Below are positions 57,386-64,000 of a stretch of DNA of 64,000 nucleotides, piece by piece. Position 1 is the first letter of the stretch; each line of letters begins with the position of its first letter. The translations under genes and the position numbers were made by a program. The notes beneath the pieces are model-generated. The model saw only the letters and a list, made by a program, of their open reading frames with translations. It did no database searches and was not told where the DNA came from. The stretch is taken from positions 48,279-112,278 of the forward strand of contig NIVC01002225.1 of assembly GCA_002269645.1 (NCBI GenBank). Reading direction: 5' to 3'. Source of the stretch: Macrostomum lignano (lineage: Eukaryota).

Positions 57386-59299
57386 CCGAGCTCAACTATC
57401 TTCTCTGAGCCCACACTAGAAGCTTGATGATCAGAAAACTACAGTACAAGTAGTGTCCACATCAGATTTAATTAAATTTGAGTTGCTTCTAACTTGGTAA
57501 GGTGATATCAAGGAATGTCATTGTTGTACATAGTAAGTATAACATAGGCATAACATTCAAGTACCTTTTGTACAGTATGCACATCTAGCTTTAATATCAG
57601 TTTAGCAGGAGGTCGGTTATGAAAGCGTCCCTAGTCATTTCGTCATCTAGGGTGTCTATATGTATGACCCCCCTCCCGGTTCTGGTCACTTCGTCATCTT
57701 AATCAACATACACTAACTGAAGGGAGTCATTTTGTCATCCACAAGCATTTCAATTCCAAGTGAATTAATGTGGATCATTTACGAGTATAAAGTATTTATT
57801 GTATGCAAATACGTGTGCTTAAAGTATTAATTGTTTGCATTTTTTATAATTAAGACTTGGTGTCCATCTCTATTGGTGATTACTCTCTCGAAGGGTCCAA
57901 ATTTACGGTTTAGTTATATGTGCATTGTTACATACGAGTGTGTTGCAATGGATTGTCATCCACCACTTAGCCGATTGAAATTGATAACAAAGTATTGATT
58001 AACCTAGGTTCCAGGTATTATTAAAATATTTGCTAACTTCATCTCATATTACTTTAGAATGCTACTTAGCTCCTGGTCACTTCGTTATCCTATATGACGA
58101 AATAGAATATAACAATTGACCAGCAACCAATTAATCATATTTGTCGTATGGATCGTATTTTAATATAAATCAAATTCTAACCCCTGTTCGCATTTGCATA
58201 AAAATGCAAATTTAAAATTGAAATAAAAATGTTGTCTCCCCATTTTGTCTAACCCAAGGGGAAGTTACTCATACAGATTTAAGTAGCTAGAAACTCATCG
58301 ATATATTAATCAATTTTATTTAGATTTTCAGGCAAAAAATGTCTGTTTGGTCTGCGACTGCTCCAGCATTATGCAAAATTGAGATAAACCCCTGAGACTG
58401 GCTGATTAACTATACTTTGTTCCTAATATATGCTTAACTAAAGATGTGTATTAATACAAATAACAACAAGCCCCTTAAGAAACGTGTTTATGTTTTGACA
58501 ATAAAATAAATAAAATATTGCGAGCAGGCAATTTAATTAGTAGCATTTATTAAAAAATTTATTACGCAGGACAAAATATACTATTTTAGTTACCAGCTGT
58601 TTCTTACAAAATGCTGATTAAGACAGAAAAAACTTACAAAATATTGTAAATATATATCGGTATCGGCTAAATCAACGAGTGTTAATTAAGACTTGTAGCT
58701 TTGAGCAATAAGTAGAAAAAATAAATCAGCACCAGAAATTCAAGCTAATATCATTACTAATTCATTGTTTATTACATTAGTAATAGCATATGAATTATGC
58801 AAATGTAATGAAGATGGTCATACATGTAAATAAAAAAGAAAATTGCATGTATTTTGCAAACTAAATTGCCCCCACCCCGATGAAAACGAGAAGGCCAAGA
58901 AGCAGCATAGAGTCGTTGCAGGTAACACAGGTAAACTAGGAAAGAAGTGACTCTAGACGACTCTAAAACAATTTGAAACGTTTTCTGTCTCAATTGTCTG
59001 CGACTGAGACCGTACAGTCGGATCTGAGGCGTACCAGAGTACTTGAGTTAGTCGTTTGTGTCGTTAAAATGTCACAAAAAGATCGCTCTAGAATCGCTAG
59101 AGACTTAAATATATTGTGTGCAATGACTCCTTAGCAATTCTGGTCAGGGCAACGTTCTCAACAGGTAGTAATTGATGGAAAGGTTAGTTAGTCACACTAA
59201 TAGCAAATATAACTAATACAAACATTTATGCACACATCAGAGCTAGAGCTGCAGTATATTGTAGGTCAGTTAAAATTTGCACCTTGAAAATACCGGCAA

Positions 59300-61963
59300 T
59301 CACTCTCCGTGACTCTCAGCAGTGCAGTCGGTCAGCAGAGCCTTGGACTCTTCATTCATCGTCCGATTGAAATCCTCGCGCAGGTAAGACTCCAGATGGC
59401 TGGGGTTCGTGTCTACAGATTTTGTAGCGTGCTGTTCAATCCACGGGTGGCACTGGATGTCCTGGAGGCTGATGCGGTCCTTGGAGCGCTTGCGCAGAAT
59501 GCGGCTGATCAGGTCTCTGATGGCAACAGTTTTTTATGGGAATCAATATATAAAAGATATAGGGGGCGTAAATAATTGGAATTTTCTAATGTCAAAAGTG
59601 CAAGCTTGGGAGTTAATTCAGAGTTGAGATGAGAAGTGACATTTATGAGATGATAGTGGGATCTATGTGATAGGAAGTGAGATTTAGAGATGGTGGGTGA
59701 GATTTATGAAATGGGAAGTGAGAGATTTATGAGATAGGAAGTGAGATTTATGACGGGAAGTGAGATTTATGAGGTGGTGGGTGAGATTTTGAGATGGGAA
59801 GTAAGATTTACGAGATGGGAATTGAGATTTATGAGATGGAAAGTAGGATATATCCAACTTTATCCACGCTTTAAACAATATTTATCCAACTAAACTAATT
59901 CATGAGATTAGAAGTGGGGTTTATGAGATGGGGAGTGGGATTTATGAGATGGGGAGTGGGATTTATGAGATGGGGAGTGGGATTTATGAGATTGGAGTGG
60001 CATTTGAGGCGGCAAGTGGGTTCATGAGATTTGACATTAGAATAATAATCATAAAAAAAACCGGTAAGCAACGGAAAACGACAAAACTGTCCCCTCCTAA
60101 CCGCCTCACCTGGCCAGAGGAGAGATGTGCTCGGGGAAGGTGAAGTCCACCATAGCGATTCGTTTTTGGGTCCCATGCTCATCTTCGTCCTCGAACGGTG
60201 GCGAGCCGTGCAGCATCTCGTAGCAGAGGACGCCCATCGTCCAGACGTCGACGCCTTCATCGTGGGTGACCCCTGTGACCATCTCTGGCGGCAGGTAGTC
60301 CAGGGTGCCGCACAGGGTTCGCCTCCGCTGCGATGGCGCGTGCACTGACCAGCCGAAGTCGGCGAGCTTCAGCTCGTAATAGAATCCCAGCAGCAGGTTC
60401 TCCGGCTTGATGTCTGCGATGGGGCAGCGGGGGTTCGACTCTGTTCTAACTGCACTGGATTCTCACCCATGAGAATAGATCTGGCTACATGGGATTCTCA
60501 CTCATGAGAATAGATCTGGCTACACGAGATTCTCACCCGTGAGAATAGATCTGGCTACACGAGATTCTCACACATGAGAATAGATTTGACTACATGAGAT
60601 TCTCACCCATGAGAATAGATCTGGCTACATGGGATTCTCACTCATGAGAACAGATCTGGCTACACGAGATTCTCACCCGTGAGAATAGATCTGGCTACAC
60701 GAGATTCTCACACATGAGAATAGATTTGACTACATGGGATTCTCACCCATGAGAATAGATCTGGCTACATGGGATTCTCACTCATGAGAATAGATCTGGC
60801 TACACGAGATTCTCACCCGTGAGAATAGATCTGGCTACACGAGATTCTCACACATGAGAATAGATTTGACTACATGAGATTCTCACCCATGAGAATAGAT
60901 CTGGCTACACGAGATTCTCACCCATGAGAATAGATCTGGCTACACGAGATTCTCACCCATGAGAATAGATTTGACTACATGAGATTCTCACCCATAATAA
61001 TATATTTGGATACATGGGATTCTCACCCATGAGAATAGGTCTGGCTACATGCGATTCTCACTCATGAGAATAGGTCTGGCTACATGGGATTCTCACTCAT
61101 GAGAATAGATCTGGCTACACGAGATTCTCACACATGAGAATAGATTTGACTACATGAGATTCTCACCCATGAGAATAGATCTGGCTACATGGGATTCTCA
61201 CTCATGAGAACAGATCTGGCTACACGAGATTCTCACCCGTGAGAATAGATCTGGCTACACGAGATTCTCACACATGAGAATAGATTTGACTACATGGGAT
61301 TCTCACCCATGAGAATAGATCTGGCTACATGGGATTCTCACTCATGAGAATAGATCTGGCTACACGAGATTCTCACCCGTGAGAATAGATCTGGCTACAC
61401 GAGATTCTCACACATGAGAATAGATTTGACTACATGAGATTCTCACCCATGAGAATAGATCTGGCTACATGAGATTCTCACTCACCCCTGTGAATGACCT
61501 GCTTGCTATGACAGAAGGCCAGGGCATCAGCTAGCTGGTACATGTAGGTGGCGGACCTCCGCTCGCTGAAGCGGCCCATCCTGGTGAGCAGGGAGTACAT
61601 CTGGCCTCGAAAGGCGTACTCAAGCACCAAGTAGATGCGCTTCTGATCGTAAAACATTGTATAGAGCTGCAGAATATGCGGATGCCTCAGATGACTCATA
61701 ATCTCAATCTCGCGATGAAGCTGGTGCTCCATCCGACCTTTGACCAACTGACTTTTAAACAGAATCTTCAGAGCAACCAGGAAATCGTGCTTCTTCTCCT
61801 TGGCTAAATACACATTGCCGAACTTGCCCTTGCCGAGCGGGCAGCCGATGTCGAAGTCGGAGATTTTCGACATTCGAGTTTGGACGCCGGAGACTTGTGG
61901 CGACAGAGGCTGCTGATTGTTCAGCTGGTTCTCCACCGATGACAGCGCTGACGAAGACGACAT
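59300..61963 (-). CDS. Aurora kinase; complement(join(59300..59516,60110..60413,61486..61963)); alternative ATG at 62002
   Basis: [66 protein letters not shown]; splice phases consistent. Confidence 0.93.
59590..60040 (+). repeat. ~21-bp degenerate repeat (GAGATTTATGAGATGGGAAGT) in Aurora intron 2
   Basis: Seen directly. Confidence 0.85.
60455..61485 (+). repeat. 35-bp palindromic minisatellite filling Aurora intron 1
   Basis: Period 35 (60481, 60516); each unit contains ATTCTCA-N4-TGAGAAT. Confidence 0.95.
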
Positions 61964-62132
61964 TTCCAAAGTCTTGAAAGAGAAATTAAAGAAGTGTTGC
62001 ATTTTAACTACAGAAAAACTGGGTCTTCAAGAACTGCCTATTTTCAGTAAAATTAGTCTGCAGTAGGTAAGGGGAAGACAGATTGAAAACGGACCCCAGA
62101 TATTTCGGTTAAGTTGCGCATTTGATGAATAC

Positions 62133-62930
62133 TTGGGGAAGAAGAGGGCAAGAGAAGAGGGCAAGAGTAGAGGGCAAGAGAAGAGGGGAATAGAAGATGG
62201 CAAGAGAAGGGGCAAGAGAAGAGGGGAAGAGAGGGGGAAGAGAAGAGGGGAAGAGAAGAAAGAGGGGAAGAGAAGAAAGAGGGGAAGAGAAGAAAGAGGG
62301 AAGAGAAGAAAGAGGGGAAGAGAAGAGGGCAAGAGTAGAGGGCAAGAGAAGAGGGGAAGAGAAGAGAGGAAGAGAAGAGGGCAAGAGAAGAGGGGAAGGG
62401 AAGAGGGCAAGAGAAGAGGGGAAGGGAAGAGGGGAAGAGAAGAGAGGAAGAGAAGAGGGCAAGAGAAGAGGGGAAGAGAAGAGGGCAAGAGAAGAGGGGA
62501 AGAGAAGAGGGGAAGAGAAGAGGGCAAGAGAAGAGGGGAAGAGAAGAGGAAGAGAGAGGCAAGAGAAGAGGGCAAGAGAAGAGGGGAAGAGAAGAGGGGA
62601 AGAGGTGGCAAGAGAAGAGGGGAAGGGAAGAGGGGAAGAGAAGAGAGGAAGAGAAGAGGGCAAGAGAAGAGGGGAAGGGAAGAGGGGAAGAGAAGAGGGG
62701 AAGGGAAGAGGGGAAGGGAAGAGGGGAAGGGAAGAGGGAAGAAGAGGGCAAGAGAAGAGGGGAAGAGAAGAGGGGAAGAGAAGAGGGAAGAGGTGGCAAG
62801 AGAAGAGGGGAAGGGAAGAGGGGAAGAGAAGAGAGGAAGAGAAGAGGGCAAGAGAAGAGGGGAAGGGAAGAGGGGAAGAGAAGAGGGGAAGGGAAGAGAG
62901 GAAGGGAAGAGGGGAAGGGAAGAGGGCAAG
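62133..62930 (+). repeat. Purine-only GA-rich low-complexity repeat upstream of Aurora
   Basis: AAGAGGGGAAGAG / GGCAAGAG units. Confidence 0.95.
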
Positions 62931-63465
62931 CGGGCCTCACAAATCTTTCGTGACAACTAAACGAAGCGAACCGATAGAAATGAAGACAACGCGGAATTGC
63001 AGTTTGCTTTTTAACTGAGCAGAAAAGCATGCAAGAATGAGTTCAACTTTATTATCAGTATTGGTAGAAATATATTACTCAAAATGATATACGTTTCTTA
63101 TTGGCATACAGAACCATATAAAATAATTTGCGAAAATAACAACCGCTCGTGCTTATGAAAATATTGTGAATTAGCTATCGGGTTAGTCTACATACTACTA
63201 ATTAGCTAAATTCAAAGTAGTAAGCTAAAGGTTAGATAATGCATAACATGCGATGCTTGTAGAAAAAATGAAATTGAAAAATTAGTTTTATGGAGAAAAT
63301 AATAAATAATTGATTTCGATCACCGATGCAGGGAAGCGAATGACAATGGTGTGATAAACATGGCATTATGATTGACCGGACAATTGTTTCATAATTAATA
63401 CACGAAATAATGGGAAGAACTATTTTTGTTCATATTGGATATATCAGATTGGATTAGATTATTGG

Positions 63466-63705
63466 GAACAGGGGAGATTAGATACGGGAACAGGGGAGAT
63501 TAGATACGGGAACAGGGGAGATTAGATACGGGAACAGGGGAGATTAGATACGGGAACAGGGGAGATTAGATACGGGAACAGGGGAGATTAGATACGGGAA
63601 TAGGGGAGATTAGATACGGGAACAGGGGAGATTAGATACGGGAATAGGGGAGATTAGATACGGGAACAGGGGAGATTAGATACGGGAACAGGGGCGATTA
63701 GATAT
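63466..63705 (+). repeat. 22-bp tandem repeat (ATTAGATACGGGAACAGGGGAG)
   Basis: Period 22, about 10-11 copies. Confidence 0.95.
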
Positions 63706-64000
63706 GAAAAGTTTGGGATGGAGAAAAGCTGATTTATATGAGGAAATGTTTTAACACTTACATTGATTAAGATGAAGCAACCCTGAATTCGATAGTAGTA
63801 TAGGCAGAATACGATCGTATTGTAAAAAATGTAAACAAAGATTTTTACACAAAAAATCGAAGCCAGTCAAAAATTGAATTCAATCCATCAAACAACTTGA
63901 CGATATTGAACCGCGCAGCAAAACTACGAGCTAGAAGCCAGCCTACTCAAACTTGATGCCCTGAGCCAGCGGCAGGTCCTTGCCATAGTTGATAGTGCAG

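Noticed and set aside
60455-61485. CRISPR-like appearance of palindromic repeats (also the 96-bp repeats at 29328-29820)
   Set aside because: No unique spacers, no cas genes, and a eukaryotic intron or coding context.
62027-63030. Long PSSLPLF / GKRRGEE ORFs
   Set aside because: Translations of a GA-rich low-complexity repeat, open on both strands.

Overview
Intron-rich, repeat-rich invertebrate (metazoan) genomic DNA; the species cannot be determined from sequence alone. Host genes: the 5' half of a P5B-type ATPase (ATP13A3-like, minus strand, running off the left edge), an orphan ORF at 15.1-15.8 kb, two head-to-head paralogous receptor-like genes (signal peptide + 4 CUB domains + uncharacterised Cys-containing module(s) + TM), a divergent G-alpha-s gene and an Aurora kinase gene. 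Mobile DNA: a 5'-truncated Ty3/Gypsy element, a foldback element with a TTAGGG core, a small MITE, a CORE-SINE and many satellites. The standout is a 10,799-bp CACTA/EnSpm(CMC)-type DNA transposon at 25757-36555. It has perfect 13-bp TIRs, a GAT target-site duplication and inverted subterminal arrays, and it sits inside a CUB coding exon whose frame and splice phase are restored when the element is removed. It carries four open, co-oriented genes: a transposase, an unknown repeat protein, a protein ending in a CtIP/Sae2-like domain (CxxC + RHR) and a coiled-coil/BEN-like protein. A GAGCC-N4-GGCTC palindrome recurs 13 times across it, reading E-P-x-G-S in all four ORFs. All domain calls are by-eye motif recognition, not database searches.
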